This document shows positions 23,255 to 37,971 of a stretch of 64,000 nt of DNA, piece by piece. How positions within the stretch are numbered: position 1 is the stretch's first letter; the number at the start of each line of letters is the position of its first letter. Both the position numbers and the translations under genes were made by a program. The notes beneath the pieces are model-generated. The model worked only from the letters and a program-made list of their open reading frames with translations. It was not told where the DNA came from and searched no databases. Origin of the DNA: Ylistrum balloti (lineage: Eukaryota); NCBI RefSeq assembly GCF_031769215.1, contig NW_026782303.1, positions 620,001-684,000 on the forward strand, written 5' to 3'.

Positions 23255-25454
23255 TGCATGCGATTTCATGATCACAAACGATGGCTCCTTTTGATGTCGC
23301 CCACTTAACGATGTATTAATTTCTCTACAGAGGTTCATGTTATCTGCCTCTTTAAATTGTGCACATATCAAAAGCATCTAGTTGCACACTCTATTCGTTC
23401 CACACTTAGAAACACAAAACTTGAATCAGATCTGTAAAATACGTGCTGTATATAATCTCATTTCATGTCTTGGGTCTCGAATATATCTGCAATTCCAGGT
23501 AATTAAAAAACAAAAACGGATCGGGGCGCCTTAAAAGCATCATTTATTTGTCCAGGTGACAGGAAAATCGAAACAAATGCACAAACATGCCACTTGACAT
23601 AAAATCGATAGTAGTTGTGAGACACCCTTGACACAGAGTAAAGACACTGAGACAAGGCTGTCCTTACGAGTTATCATCTCGTGAGCACGAGAACATAATT
23701 CATACGCACGAGAACGAAAAATATTTGTGTGTCACTAATGGGGTTCCGTTCTTGCCATTTTCCGTTTGAACATGTAGGATCGTTGATATTTCTTTCACTT
23801 GAATTTTTTCAAAAGAAAATAACTTACGAGAGTGAAAGAAATAACATACATGTATATAATAACCGTGAGCTCGAGTTTGTCTGACCCGTTTCTTCTTTAG
23901 TTAAAAAAGACCTGTTCTGTACCCAAAGTGTGTTTTGTTTACGTCATTAGTTAAGATGCAAACTGAAACTTTCATCAGAAAAAACTATGTAGATATTGTA
24001 ATTCATGAAACAATATAACTAGAAATGAAATAGTTTGTTGTATTTTAGCCGAAAAGGATTGAAAGCCGAATAAAAAATCTAATCTCTACTAAAACAATCG
24101 AGAACTACTTTAACAACAGCTTATTCAGTGTCTAAATCCGGTATGGGACTATAAACCCGTTTTGGTTAACTCTTATTCATATAACTTAAGCCTAGCTAGA
24201 TTGTGATCAGTGAAAAAAACAATAGTGTTACTCTCGTCCTGAAAGTGCTCTAAGAACCTAAATGTGCCCTTTATAATATTGAGGAAATACGTCATAAATT
24301 TAAGAAAATTACATTTACCTACGCCTTCACAATACCTTACCATTATTTCGAATTAAGAGACTTTATTTGTTCATCCAATTTTACACAATCATTGCATTTG
24401 TAACTTGTCTAGGATTAAAAGACAATTTACGTCTAATGTAGTGAGGAAAGCCGTAAAGCTATGTGTAATCAACAAACTGATTATAAACGATTCCACAGGA
24501 ATATTTGGCGGTAGTCTGAACTTTGGAGAAAATTCTAGGTATATCTCTGCTGACAAATTGAGTTAAATATCGTACAATGAAATTACATTTAATGCATAAC
24601 TTTGCTGTGTTAGGATTGTAATTGCATTATTTCAAACAGAAACTGGTCTAAATAAAAATTGTTCATTCAGCTTGAAGCGATTTTGTTAGTGTCGTTTATT
24701 TTCCCATTTGCATGATGGCTCAAATCCCTATATACGTTAAATTAAATGACTTTTATGTGAAGTATGCTACTCCTATACAGCCTTGTCGCAAGGCTAAATC
24801 GAAATGATTTTCCACAGCAATTGTATCAGAGGTTTTAAAAACGTATCACACCAGCTAGCTTATGTTCTCTCGACCTTGAAATAAAAATCTACAACACATA
24901 TCTAGTCGAGGTTTCAGATCCACCAGTTGACCAATCTCCACAATACACATTACATCTCTCTGGATCTTTTAAAATATTAAGAACCCGCGATGAATTCAGC
25001 TATAAATTGTCTAGCGATTTTATTCATTTGAAACCCTGCGTGGCTAAGAAACATATAGACGGTGTTCTGTAAACATAGGCTCCTAGGACAGGAAGAGTAG
25101 ACCATAAGCTGAAACCTAAAGCGGACAACTGGGACTAGAATGCATTTGATCACCGTAAGTTGTTGCTTGTGTATAAATCATGTAAAATCTATGCGGCCTA
25201 TTTTAACTAAAACCCTTAAATACCCTCTTTCAGATGCAACATGACTCACTCTAAGAAAATTTAAAATATCTGTAGGTTATAGGAAACGGAGAATTGTTAA
25301 GAATAACAGGATGTAATAGAGCAAATAATGATGATTGTTATTGTAATTACTACAGTATATTGCCAGAGCATCAAATTAGGGCTAAACTATCTATTGTAAT
25401 AACGTTAATGGTAAATAATGTAAATTGTGCATTAATTGTAATTGTAGGTTAGGG

Positions 25455-25581
25455 CGTTAAAATGGTCCCTCACGTGTTCTTAGCCTATCAAAACGCCTCT
25501 TTCAACAATTGATGACGTAGAAACTCCGCGTTTCAATGAAGCTGTCAATAGATTCGGTTCCGTATTTAATTCGAGGTACAT
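25455..25581 (+). repeat. 127-bp dispersed direct repeat, copy 1
   Basis: Ungapped match to 25916-26042 with 17 mismatches counted (~87%); first 30 bp identical. Confidence 0.9.
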
Positions 25582-25915
25582 GTTATTGTAGGTAGATACT
25601 AAGGAATTCGAATACGGAAAACCCTTTTCTAACAATCAATTAGCTTGTAGGTTCTTAAATCAATAAACATCTGTGTACCGTTAAAGAAAATAAGCAGCAA
25701 CCAATTTCGAATTTGCAAGTATTACCATGGTGTTGCACCTCTAACACCAGGTTTCTCTGTAAGATTTTCTTGAGTTGGGGAAGAAAACCTTTGACGTCAG
25801 CATCATTTGTTGCAAGAATTTAGGAAACAGTTTTGCGTGCGTGTAAAACATTAAAATATGTATGTACTGGATATCGGATCAAGAAATTGGGTTAACACTG
25901 GAGACAAAGGTCGAC

Positions 25916-26042
25916 CGTTAAAATGGTCCCTCACGTGTTCTTAGCATATCAAAACACCACTTGCAACAATCGGTGACGTAGAAGCTCCGCTTTTCAGTGA
26001 AGTTGTCAATAGATTCGGTTTAGTATGTACGTTAAGGTACAT
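25916..26042 (+). repeat. 127-bp dispersed direct repeat, copy 2
   Basis: Matches 25455-25581, 461 bp apart; flanks are unrelated. Confidence 0.9.
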
Positions 26043-28039
26043 ATGATATGTCTTTCAACGTTTCTCTGGATTATCTGTCACAACTACTGTATCTTTATTC
26101 TTTGTGTACACATTTGGTATCCGCCATATCTCTCTGAGTGACAAAGATAGATCGATACAACAACGGACATCGTTGAAAGACAAATGACGAACAAACACAT
26201 ATTCGAAGTTGTCAACAAGCTTCATTCAAATCTAGACTGTGATCAAGATATCATTCTGAATAAAAGTAAAGGCAGCGAACAATATCATGTGACATGATTT
26301 CACTAATTTGTATTATTACAAATGAAGTTGATCCTAGAATATAGAATATATTGTAAGGTTCTGTCTTAGTATTTCTCGACATTCTGATACTAAACCTACT
26401 GGCAAGCTTGAAATGGAGAAAAGGTAATTGGAATGAGACAAACTATAAAATATGGGGCATATATAATATCCATGCTCTCCGTTGTTATGGCAATAGACGG
26501 ACAAAGAAAGGAATTGTTGTCAACTAAATGAAAAATCCTAAATTCAATTTTTTTGTTCAAATTACGTATTGTGTAAACGGACTTCGATTGACATCAGGTG
26601 TTGTGTGTACGTTACATCCCTATTCTAGCGATAGTGCTGAGCGTTCGCAGGTGATGACTATGATTTATGTCCACAAGCCAGGACGTACTAAGTCATCAAA
26701 CTGGTCTGTTTATCGATCAGTAATGAATTCTATACAGACTGGTAAGCCCGTAATTAGTTTGAATAACGTTTATATTCTATCAACGGTCATACTACCGCCT
26801 CCGTATTACCATGCTTCAGTGCGATGACAAATGCTCTATCAGCAGCCACCGACTTCATGTGACCTTGGGTGTTGAAATAACGTAATACGCAGAAAAAGTA
26901 TACTTTGTACAATACACACATCATAGCCGGCAAATGTGTCAATTGCATAAGACTTCCTTTCAATGTCGACATTTATTGGAAATGTGCGTTTTAAGTGTGC
27001 GGGTAGTTGGTTAAGATCAGTTTGTTTATAGTTTCGTTAACGTCCTATCAAAAGTTCTAGTCATTTAGGGACGACCGTTCTGTATATGTCAAGTGAGCGT
27101 TTGTGTTAAGCATGTGCTTTTGGGAGTCTACAATACTTCGTGGAAGCTTCCTTGTCATAAAGCGGAACTGAAGCCGATTTTACTGCGTTACCAATTCATG
27201 TATACTGCTAGAAGCAGCCAGCAGGGCACTAGACCCGGTCACGTACTGATATCCCAACTATATCCAGAATACAACACAGTTGAACACGAACAGTCCTACT
27301 TATCCTCCTGTGAAAGCACCAATGAAAATAGACTGATACTTGCTGGCCTCGCCAATAAGCAGTGTCGTGGTGAACAAGAATTCAATTAATGCATCATGAT
27401 TTTATGATTTCGAACATTCCTCCTGACAGCCTTACAGGAATAAAGATTTAATGTTCATGAATGATAAACAAGCTTTGAGTATAATCACCGGTTTCCTTTA
27501 CTCCCTCAATAACGCAACAAGTTTGAACCAAATAGGTAGCATACCCGCATTTATCGGTCATTAATGTGGTACCTAACAACCCCGCTTGATGATCAACACT
27601 AAGATAAGAAAGATCATTGGATTCCCAGGTCATTAAAAAGTATTGGACGATGTCATATATCTATTTGACATTTCAGTAAAAAGCCTCTACAGATTTGTCC
27701 TAAAGATTTTTGTTAAATTTTGTCAAAAGAAACAACTGAGGTAACATTGCAATTGTAAACTCCAGTTTGCTGATATAAAACACGAGTACCGCTTTGTTAT
27801 AATTGTGTAAAAGAAAAGGACAAGATGTAAAATTTTTGTTAAATCATTGCCACGAGTGGTACACGCTGGCTTTCATTCAAAGCTGAAATATTTTTACTAC
27901 TATTCCAAGTCGATTACTTTGGTTCATCTTGGTCGGAATCCTTGACGAATTATACAAGTTAAATTTCCCACACAATGGTGTACAAGCAATCTTGATAACA
28001 GGTTCAACGCAGATCTGCATCAAGTCAACATCCTTATCG

Positions 28040-28170
28040 TAAAACAAACTTAAATCACAATCTCCACAATAGATATCATCATGAAAAGGAATAGCATCCC
28101 TTGCATTTGTCTGTAGTTCTGTAAAAGAGTGGAATGATTTCCGACAAGAAATCCAGCTTTAAAGGATTCG
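28040..28170 (+). mobile_element. Possible CR1/L2-type LINE 3' relic
   Basis: SVKEWNDFRQEI resembles the C-terminal xxEWNxLPxEI motif; short and degenerate. Confidence 0.35.
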
Positions 28171-31100
28171 AAAGAAGAAAGTAATGAAGAATGTGTATTT
28201 AAGCAATAGTATCATCCACAAGGGTATGCCCTAGAGCCATATGTATTTTCACTTTATGAAAATGAATTGGCAAGGAAACATTTTCAAATGTTTATTTATG
28301 TATTATTTCCTTTTTTGTATATTCTTCTAGAAGAAGACATACCAGAACCTACTGACATTTAAAATGGCGATCTACGTATAATCAGGCTTATTTGAATTCC
28401 TTGACCAACATTGTTACCTATAATAAACACTTAGATGTGATTTCGATGAGTTCACTAATTGAGCTGCTTGTATAAACATTCATATCAAACATAAAATAAT
28501 GTATATCTCTCATTACCGGTTTAAGATGAAGTCGAAATATTTGATATAGAACATTCTGAACTGCTCGACATAGAGTAAGGAGAGACTTGCATTGAAATAA
28601 TACTTTTTAAAGGTTATTGACTGTCTTACTTTAATGACGTAATTAAGCCAATATCAATACCACAGAGGATTATAATTTTCAAGATAACACACAGTTTAAT
28701 GTTCCAGCAATTGGAACCCATTGTTTTAGAACAACATATATATTTCCCGATCTTCTGCCTGAAAGGAATAATTCTTTCTCTGTTTTCTACTATGGTATGT
28801 ATCAGATCATTAAAAGGGAATGTTTACCCCAAAATAGTGTTAATGTATACCCTAAATATGCTGATAAACGTAAATATCATGGCGATGGAAAAATTAGTAT
28901 GTAATGTCAACTTAGAAATTCTGGGAGAAATTTCGAAATGAGGTGATATATCCAATTCATACATAGTGGGTATCCCTGCCTGCATGTGTGGGTTTTTTTT
29001 TCAATGGAACACTTTGACTGTCCTTGACTATCACCAATACTCTCAACCGAAGTCTACCACTGCTCAGTCCTCAGTTCCATTGCTGATATTTTAATGGTAT
29101 TTTACCATTAACTTCTTGTACATTTTCTTACATATGGCTTACAAATATACACATGTAGTGATAACAGGGATACCTTAGATATTTCAGACGTGTAATTTTC
29201 AAGGTGATTGTATTGGGTTTTAAATATGCTTATCATCATCCTGAAATAGTTGCATTGTAGTTTGTTATGAATGTATACGTATAAATAGCTATTCCATTCC
29301 CTCCACTATCAATCTAACCAGCTTGTCAATACCTGTCGCACTTCTCTTCCCATATAAGTCATACTAGTTATATCAGCCAATATGTATTATTTCATGTGTT
29401 TAACCTTTGTATGCTACTTCAAAATAATTAACACACATAAAAGCATATAGCTGTATTGTGCAAAACGATGTGTTTATACTATGAATGCTATGCTAGGAGT
29501 GATTGCATGGGTTATGCCTGTCCAAACTGATATTTTACGAATATCAGTGCAATAAGGTACTCTGAAGTGAAATACAAAATAGTTTCATACAACAAAGTTT
29601 CTTCAATATTTCATGTGCTGGAAACTAAATTCCTCAATGTAAACCCAGATAGTCATTTATATCATATTGCAATCATTTTTAAACCAGGAAACTGATTAAA
29701 CACTTATTATGAACATGATTGCAGATAAGCCTAGGCTTTTAATGACACCTTATTGCTTAGTCAGTACCTTATCATAATACCAAGATAATGTAACAAGTCC
29801 ACCTTCAGATCTACATTAGCACAGATTATAATACTGTATAATACACTACAATGAGAGTAATAAAAGTTCGAATACCTACTATATTTTAAGTACCAAATGT
29901 ATATAAAGCACGATATTATATCACAAAATTCAGCTGCTACGCAATTTCATGAGAGCACAGTATGATTTGCGTTTTCATGGATTCGATATTAGAAAGATAA
30001 TTTTTGTCTGGTTTTATTCTGTCACACTAGTTCCAGACATTGATATAGCTTCTGACAAAATAAGGAACGGATTTGGTTTGGTTCCGTCGAAATAATTTGA
30101 ATAGGATAATTACTTTAAAAGAACAAACATCACAATGGTAAATTAATTTGTTAGGAATTACGAGCTATTTATGGATTGTCTGGCAATCTTTGCCCCTAAT
30201 GAAAAAATAAAGCTATTTCAGGAATTGTATGTAGGTTAAAGGTCAAAAATGTAATATGGTGATATAGAAGATGAAATTACGAGATTTTCTGCAGAACAAT
30301 ATCTTTGTTTAGTTTGATGATACAGAGATCTTCAGACTTTTGATAGTCTAAACAAAACATCTGTGTATTTTTGGCTGGTTATTTCAATGTTTTAATGATG
30401 GTGTTGAATTTATAGAAGACTTTTCCAAAGCAGTGCACAGAGACCATGCAAAGTTTGAATATATTAATAACAAATTGTCTTCAAAATATCAGAAAAGTTA
30501 TTGACCATACCAACGAATATGTCAACCAGAATTGTAAATCAATGACACGATAGTCACTGCTTTATCAGCAGTTTATCTCCAAGGCAACTAAGCTGTAGCC
30601 TATGGTATTTACCCGACGATTGCAGGCGACTTTCAAAGGCTTCTGTCCACTACCACGTTTGTCTATATGGACAGTTTATATCTAAAACACGGGATTTCAA
30701 GATGTGTAGGTTTATGAACAAAACAGAGGAGTTCATTGGCCGTTTAATAACCTTAAGCCAAAATGAGGTATGCCAGTGGGTTTTGTTTTTCTTAGCCTAT
30801 CCCTCATTTGAAAACATTAATAGTACCTTCCATTGAGCAAGATCTACGGGTGACGTATTAAAATATATTATCTTAGTCTTGTGGTTTTAATGTTTCTGAT
30901 TAAAACGTTCTTTTTACCACATTTTGCCTTCGTGTCATTTACATTGAAATAAGATTACAATAATTTGTTTGAAGTTCAAATATGGTATTTTTTTCTCACA
31001 TTGTTATTCACTTTTTAATGCAGTTCATCATTTTTGTTGTGCATTTCAATCAGCATTTCCGTTTTCGGTATTAATAGATGTTTTCCAAAGGTGCTCAGAA

Positions 31101-32879
31101 TTTGCTTCCTAATCTAGATGACATTTCCTAATTGGAAAATGGAAGAAAACAGACTATTAAAACAAACTGTAGAGTGTTTCATGATAAGGTTGGCATAACT
31201 CCGCCCATCGGATCGTAAATACGCTGCCTGATTATACACAGAATCATACTCTATGAAACAAGAAATAGAAAAAAAGGAGTGCCTCCTTCTCATTTTATGG
31301 TACATTTCTGGCAGCAACCTACCACAGAGTTCGGCACATGACTTAAGAGTGATGTGTTTATAAGCAGGAGACAATGGGGATTACTACTTCCGTTCAACAT
31401 TTAGTCTATATTTAGTAAACGCTCTTTATCGACCAGCTGAAGATAAATTGTTACTGACTATAGATGAACCTTCCAAAAGTACAAGTGGATGCTTAAAACT
31501 AAATTGACGGCGATATTAATTAGGTACATATACGAGATGGCTATCAGACAACATCAACCACATTCTTCCTTCATGGCTGAGTTGACTAGAGAATTTCTAG
31601 TGTTATAACCTATTTAAGCACTAACTGATCTCCTTTTTGTCATTGATTAATTTTGATGGCTTCTTTACGTCCAATCCAAAGTGCCTTCTACAAAAAATAT
31701 ACACACATATATGAACTAATGATGAAGATAACAAGAACCTAATTGGTAGCATCAAAGATATTTCTATTGAAATGCTAGCCTAACAGCGACACCATGGGGG
31801 ACCTTTTTTATATTCACGGCTTAATTACTCCTCTGTTAACGCCGGTAATTCGCAATGGATTCCTTCATTAGGCACACAGTATAGGGAAACAAAAACAAGA
31901 TAGTAGATCAATGTCCCTTTTTTGTTTCAAGATAACTGGCATAAAAGTTTAAATTGGATATAAAAAGAACGCTCTGGGCGATGTCTTAAATGTGTGTATG
32001 TTAATAAAGATGCTTAGTTCTAGTAAACTGTATTTTCATAGTAGTGTTTTTTTTCGAAATATGCTTTTAAACCTCATATGTCTTTTCCAAGAATCTCCTT
32101 GTAAATCTTTCTTATTGTTTGCCCTAGTTTTGGTGAATTCGTGTTTGGATCAAAATTATGTTCCGAGCTGATATTTCCTCTTTGATTTTAAACTGACGCA
32201 ATAAACAATATTCACTTAGATCAATAATTACAAAGTACTCTGAAGACGTTTCTGCTATAATATCAGAATATGGTGAATGTTTCAGGAATAATTAAAGCAG
32301 CATACTGTTGCAGAGAATCAGTCAACAATTTTTTTTATATAGCTGGTTATAGCGACGTTCCATTGTTCGAACGACAGATATATGATATATCATTTGTTAA
32401 ATGAATACCCCAAAGAGGATCACAATGCGAAGATATTATTCACATATCATGCTTTAACACTGTGTACGTTCCGGTAATTGTTGTATTTTGAAGCTACTTA
32501 AGAATTTTGAGTGTTTTGTTATTTTTCTACTCTGATATTTTGAATGCAATATTAATGTAAAAGAACAGCACACGCTTTCCCTTTAGTTTTAGTTTTAAAA
32601 ACCAAGAGAGCTGTATGGAAGGAATGCCCCTTTGAAGTGTTGTTATTAAACTAATTTTGCATAATATGTTTCAATGTCAACTTCCAATCAAAAAATTAAA
32701 AGTAGTCTTCACTAATGTTCTAATGAACTTTATTGGAAATGTTAAAGTCAAGGATTCATTAATAACAACGTTATGACTTTATTAACTCCTCAGAGAGACA
32801 CGGAAAGCGGCTTTAACATAACGTTACCGGATATGGCAAGTTTGAAGACCGTATGCAGTCTTCACAGAGACCATTAGAT

Positions 32880-33480
32880 GTTCCCCGTGTTCGAAACACG
32901 TTGCATTAAGTTGGTAAATTTGTTACTAAATCGGTGAATTCAGCTAAAGAAGTTTCTGGTGACCATTGGAAACAAGAGGTGGATACCCAATGTCAAAAAG
33001 ACGCTTCATGATTAGCATGACATTACATATATTTTGCCTGAAGACAAGCATTAAATAACTTCATTCTTGGCTGCAGGCATTATTGCAGTCCGTACCAAAA
33101 GAACTAGGCTTCCTTGATGATGAATGAAGATGTACATTTGCAAAGAATTTATTGTACGTCATGTATTATAATAACTATCGTTCAAATTCCAAGTAGATGA
33201 TTACGATACAGACTTCCCTTTTCTGTATTGGATTCCTAAACTTACGAGAATTCATAGAATAAATAGTATGCCGATTTTAATGGACGTACATGTTTTTTGA
33301 CCTTAACTGAATACCTAAATAAACCTCTTACTTCTAAAAGATGTGAAATATTCAAATTATGACAGATTTTGTTTCAATAACAAAGTTACAAATAAATAGT
33401 TGTGAACTATACTGTAGGTCTAATTCAAATTTAAAGAAATATACACAGGACGAAATTTTTTATGTTTTCATCTTGGTCAT
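32880..33480 (+). mobile_element. Heavily deleted Penelope-like RT relic
   Basis: HDITYILPEDK, KELGFL, DFPFLYWIPKL (about 33210-33243) and KYTQDEI motifs, in the expected order. Confidence 0.65.
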
Positions 33481-36400
33481 TTTGTGTATAACAATATGCA
33501 TACATACCTATGGAATCAAACTGCGCTCCTCACTCGGCGGAATTGTTTTTATTTTATCTTTACATGTATATATATTTACTACTTTTCATACTTTGCCCTT
33601 TTTCAATAGAGTTTGAGTTTGTATTATGATTCTGTTAACATGTCGGTATTTCAATAGTTGTTTTATCAAAGTTAAAGACAGAACGACTTTTCTTATATCA
33701 ATAAGATATCATAGCTACGGAAATCAAAACTTGACTACAGGTATGTCATAAAACTGCTAGCACTTTTTATACATAGCTGAAAGGTTCACGCAATCCAACA
33801 AAATGTCGTAAACCTTCAATACTCATTAACATGTTAGGAACCACAGTCGATCCTCGTTTTATTGAACTAAAGAAACAACTAAATTGCGTTTTAAGTTTTG
33901 TTAGGACACGCGGTGACGCTGCCAGCACGAGGACATCATCATATCGACGATTTTTAAACTGATTGTCGTCTACTGTCTTTTACAAAGGTATCCATGCTGT
34001 GATGTATTCGATTCATCACTTTATAAACATGAAATATGTCAAAAATGAAGGAAAAAATATCGCACTATATAAATGAATATACTTATGAATAGGAAACTTT
34101 CATTTACAGGGTATAGAAAGTTCAAAAGCATTTCGCGAGCATATAAGTACCTATGTGCTAATTAGATTGTGCTGACATATCTTGGATCATGTATCCAGAA
34201 TAAAACAGTCCAATACCCACACCGAACACTAATAAACCGAATGAAACGAAGCTTTTTCGAAAACTTTAAAGTGTGTAAATTGTATTGAACTAGTTATGAT
34301 TGACGTCAGGAGACACTTATCACTGACAAAAAGCACTATTCCGGAACAAATGCTCCAAGATATAGATGCAATCATTCTGGAGGAAACCTGTTTTTAAAAT
34401 GTCACAACGTGCACCACTCGCTCCAGGTAACCTTATCCGTCTTTTTTTACTGATAGATACTGTGATGACAGGATTGGTCAATTCCACTAATATCAAAGCG
34501 TATATATAAAACACAAGTTTGTATCCCGTCCTTTTGAGGATTGCATTCCTGCACTCATTTCGTCTGCCTATATCCGTTAATACACCACATGATATGACCT
34601 TTTTGACACAGCCTTCAGACCTAGTCTCACGTTCAAGAAAATTAGGCTTTGTTTAAAATGTTACATCATCTCAATAGCAACGGTGATACGTAGACAGAAT
34701 TTAAAGGTAATGGAACCAATGTCGGACGTGGTATAGTGTCCTAGCACTTAAAAGTCCGAAAACTGGGATTGATCTCTGTGAGGAGGAAAGCCATACTACC
34801 GTGTCCATATTGTGACTTTTCAGTTTGAGGGAACTATAAAGCCCCTTTAAATGGAACACTCATATGCGAACTACCGATGAAATAAAAACATACAAATACA
34901 AAAACGGCGAAACAGATCACTCGCTCTGACGAACAATTTTGCAATCTTTCGGCAATATTATTGTTAAAAAAATTTCATACATAGTTATTTATATTCGTTT
35001 TCGCTTAAAATCATACAAGATTGAATTACAATATTACCTTACTTGAGTTATGTAAAAATATATAATTTGTATATCTTGTGTTTGTATATAATTATGATTT
35101 GAAGCAGAAATGGTAATGTAACGCGGATTCCTATAGTACATCAACGTTAAATGTACTAGGAACATCGTTTATTTGGCGGCATTGAGCAACTCTAAAGACG
35201 CTTCGAACTTAAGGAACGACGTAAGAATTGAACGTGCTAGTCTCGTTGCATGATCGTACATGAAAGAGGCAAATCAATTGAGAGTATTTCTCTTTTCTCT
35301 CTTTGAAAATACTTTCAAAATGGCTATCCCTCAAACCTCAGTTGTTACTTATTGTTGAGCGTCTGCCCAAGTCAGGATGCCTGTAATTGCTATCCCCATG
35401 ACATGCTATAGTTGAGTCATTAAAATGGCACTGCTTTACGGTCAGTATCGAATTGGATGCATGACAGTTCGTGAGTTGTTTGTCAATATAATAGGACCAG
35501 GTTGAGAGTCGTGCTGTCGAGTGCATGATATGACTTATCAATGTGTTTGTGCTATAAAAGCGTTCGACAGTAGCCCCATCATTCACAGAAACTGTCTTTC
35601 TACGACATTGGCTGTTGCGAGGACATGTTAATACTCGTAGGTGGAACATGATGTCTACTTTCGGCTTTCGTTGCATTTTACATTAGCCATGTTCCTTTAT
35701 GGAAGGTCGCTTTATGTATGCGATTTATTGCGTGTGTTGAGTACGTGTGTATGAGTGGCTGCAATTTTTTCGGGTAATCCTTTTTTTCTGATAGTGCTAC
35801 TTTGTCGAGCTTTTACAGCTAAATGCATCCTGGAGGGCACCCCACGCAGTCATATCATATAAACGGACAAACAAGCGGTTAAATTCCACAATACTGATTG
35901 TTATATAGAGTAGCGTTTGTTAAAACTCTAGTGTGTCTCGGCCAAAAATACTTTAATCCCAGTCATTGGTGTTTTATTTGAGTAAGAAACAGGATTATCA
36001 CCATGTTACTATATGTATTCCTGTTTACTTTTTGCTTTGTCTGTAATTAAGATGCCAGAGTTGCGATGATTTTAAGACAAATTTAGGGCAAAAAATATTT
36101 TTGTGGATTTCATCAATATCATTCTTACAATTCGTGAATTAATCAGATGCCTCAATAATGACAAAGAAATATGGGATTCAATCAGAGTTTGTCTGGAGAA
36201 GAATTGAAAAATATATTTTAAGGTCATGATTGTTATTGAAAACATCAGCACAGGTTTCAATACACCGGAATACTCTCACTGCCCTCTTCAGCCTTTACCT
36301 CACTATAGTGAGGAATACGGAAATTTATTACCTTGATTTCATTGGAGAAGAAAGGTTAGAGGTAAATATGTAATCAGAAACGTAAGGCACTGGTGTTCTA

Positions 36401-37244
36401 TAGACATTGTTTAAAGGTGATTAGATTAAGCGCGAGAACGTTTCTCAGGCCTGAACGAAAAATCGAATACAGACACAACTGAGCAACAGAATTTCGATAG
36501 AAAGTTCATACAGCCATCCTAATGGTGTCCATTCAGGTATCTTTCCCGTTGAGTTTTAACTTTGCTAAGACATACAAACCGTGGTCACCTTTAAGAGAGA
36601 GAGAAAGGTTAACATTTAGTTTGTAGTGTTTAGCCTAACGTAGATACCTGTATTTTATGTTATCTTATCTTGTTAGACATTCTAGTACCACTTTTGTGAT
36701 CAGTTTGTAATTGTTTTACGATCTGATGGGCTCTGTTTCACTGTTATGGAACTGAATAAGCTTTTATGAATTGCTTAGAATGTTCTTGTAAGTTCTTGTG
36801 TCAGTTTTTGAAAATAAATATATTTATGATCTCATGAAGGTTATTCTAGATTAAGCATATAATAACTGAAGGAAATATACTATTCCCAACAACAATGAAT
36901 GGTTAAGCATTTGTTCTGGGTGAATACCTGTTAATGAATGAAAGATATCACTTTTCTGCAATATAAGTAAATTACCATAGTACATATTCCAAATTCAAAA
37001 GGATTGCGAAAATAATTTAAGCGTGAAAGTCAGTAATAAAGAGTTACACGTTTGCTGTGACCAATATGTATATTCGCATGATGTTAACAAGGTGCCCATT
37101 GTGCCTACATCGCTTGCCTGGTTTAGTTTACTGACATTTGTGTTAAATTAGAATAAAGGAAAAGTTATTTTAAAACATATATCGCCGCGGCATCACAGTA
37201 GCTTATTTGGCCCTTCGGACCAGGTAAACTATTAAAAAATCACC

Positions 37245-37512
37245 GACACCTCTTCGTCATAATGATCTAATGGGGATTTATTCTGTTTCTTATCTGATAT
37301 AGTGTTCTGCATACTAGATGCTAGTTTGCATTCCATTTATTTTCGTTGTTACTTTGTGTTCTCTTTTGGGAACGTGACATTATTTACTTGGATTGAACAA
37401 GATTTACATGATAGTCATGTTCTTAGTCAGGAGTCTCCGTGTAAATAGTTTAGTTCATATTTTGTCCGATTATTACTGTTATCATTGAATTTGATTTTGG
37501 ATGTTGTGACTA
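37245..37512 (+). mobile_element. Penelope-like 3' relic
   Basis: LRHNDLMGIYSVS, then GGAACGTGACATTATTTACTTGGATTGAAC (shared module) and a TTGAATTTGATTTTGG tail. Confidence 0.55.
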
Positions 37513-37644
37513 TAAAAACATAAAAACAAGTGTTTCTCGACATGGGAATGGAAACCAAAACCTTCCTCACAAGGACGAACGATAAACTTGAGGTCATAAA
37601 TGAGGAAACGTCAAGATGACATCAGGAAGTCGGAAGTATATTAA

Positions 37645-37971
37645 GGAGGAGAAAACATGAAGATCTCTTGTTTAAATATGCAGATGACACTAATTGGTAT
37701 TAGATGGTTCTTAGAGGTCTTCGAGCGAGTTACATTGAACTATGCAAACATTTCTGGGCGCAAGATAGTTACAAGCAAAACACAAATTATTTGGATAGGA
37801 TGTAAGATATATAGTGATACAACATATCTGCCGGAGCTTAGTTTACAGTTAGGTGAAGAAAGGTTCACATTCTTGAGTGTTGATCTACGTGAAATTCCAA
37901 AAACAAACATTGATAAGAAAAAAGTTCTTAAATGTAAAACTCTTGCCAGTACTATTTATAGCCCTACTTAA
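37645..37971 (+). mobile_element. L1/Tx1-type non-LTR retrotransposon RT relic
   Basis: YADDT at 37677-37691. After a frameshift: NYANISGRKIVTSKTQIIWIGCKIYS...LQLGEERFTFL, which fits the Tx1 pattern SGLKxNxxKTxxxWIG. Confidence 0.7.

Larger units (their letters stand above)
18513..26741 (+). other. Weak candidate chain of short spliced exons (18513-18538, 19225-19276, 19675-19702, 21064-21092, 26651-26741)
   Basis: Each unit is bounded by AG/GT (donors GTAAAT, GTATGT, GTAAGG, GTAAGA, GTAAGC) and the phases join into one open frame. No recognisable protein family; could be chance. Confidence 0.22.

Noticed and set aside
35338-35676. 112-aa minus-strand ORF (likewise 20093-20482, 52256-52603, 58879-59202, 59967-60290)
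   Set aside because: No family motifs or convincing splice context; several ORFs of about 100 codons are expected across six frames when alternative starts are allowed.
36298-36313. Perfect 16-bp palindrome CCTCACTATAGTGAGG
   Set aside because: A rough estimate gives about one to two such palindromes by chance in 64 kb.
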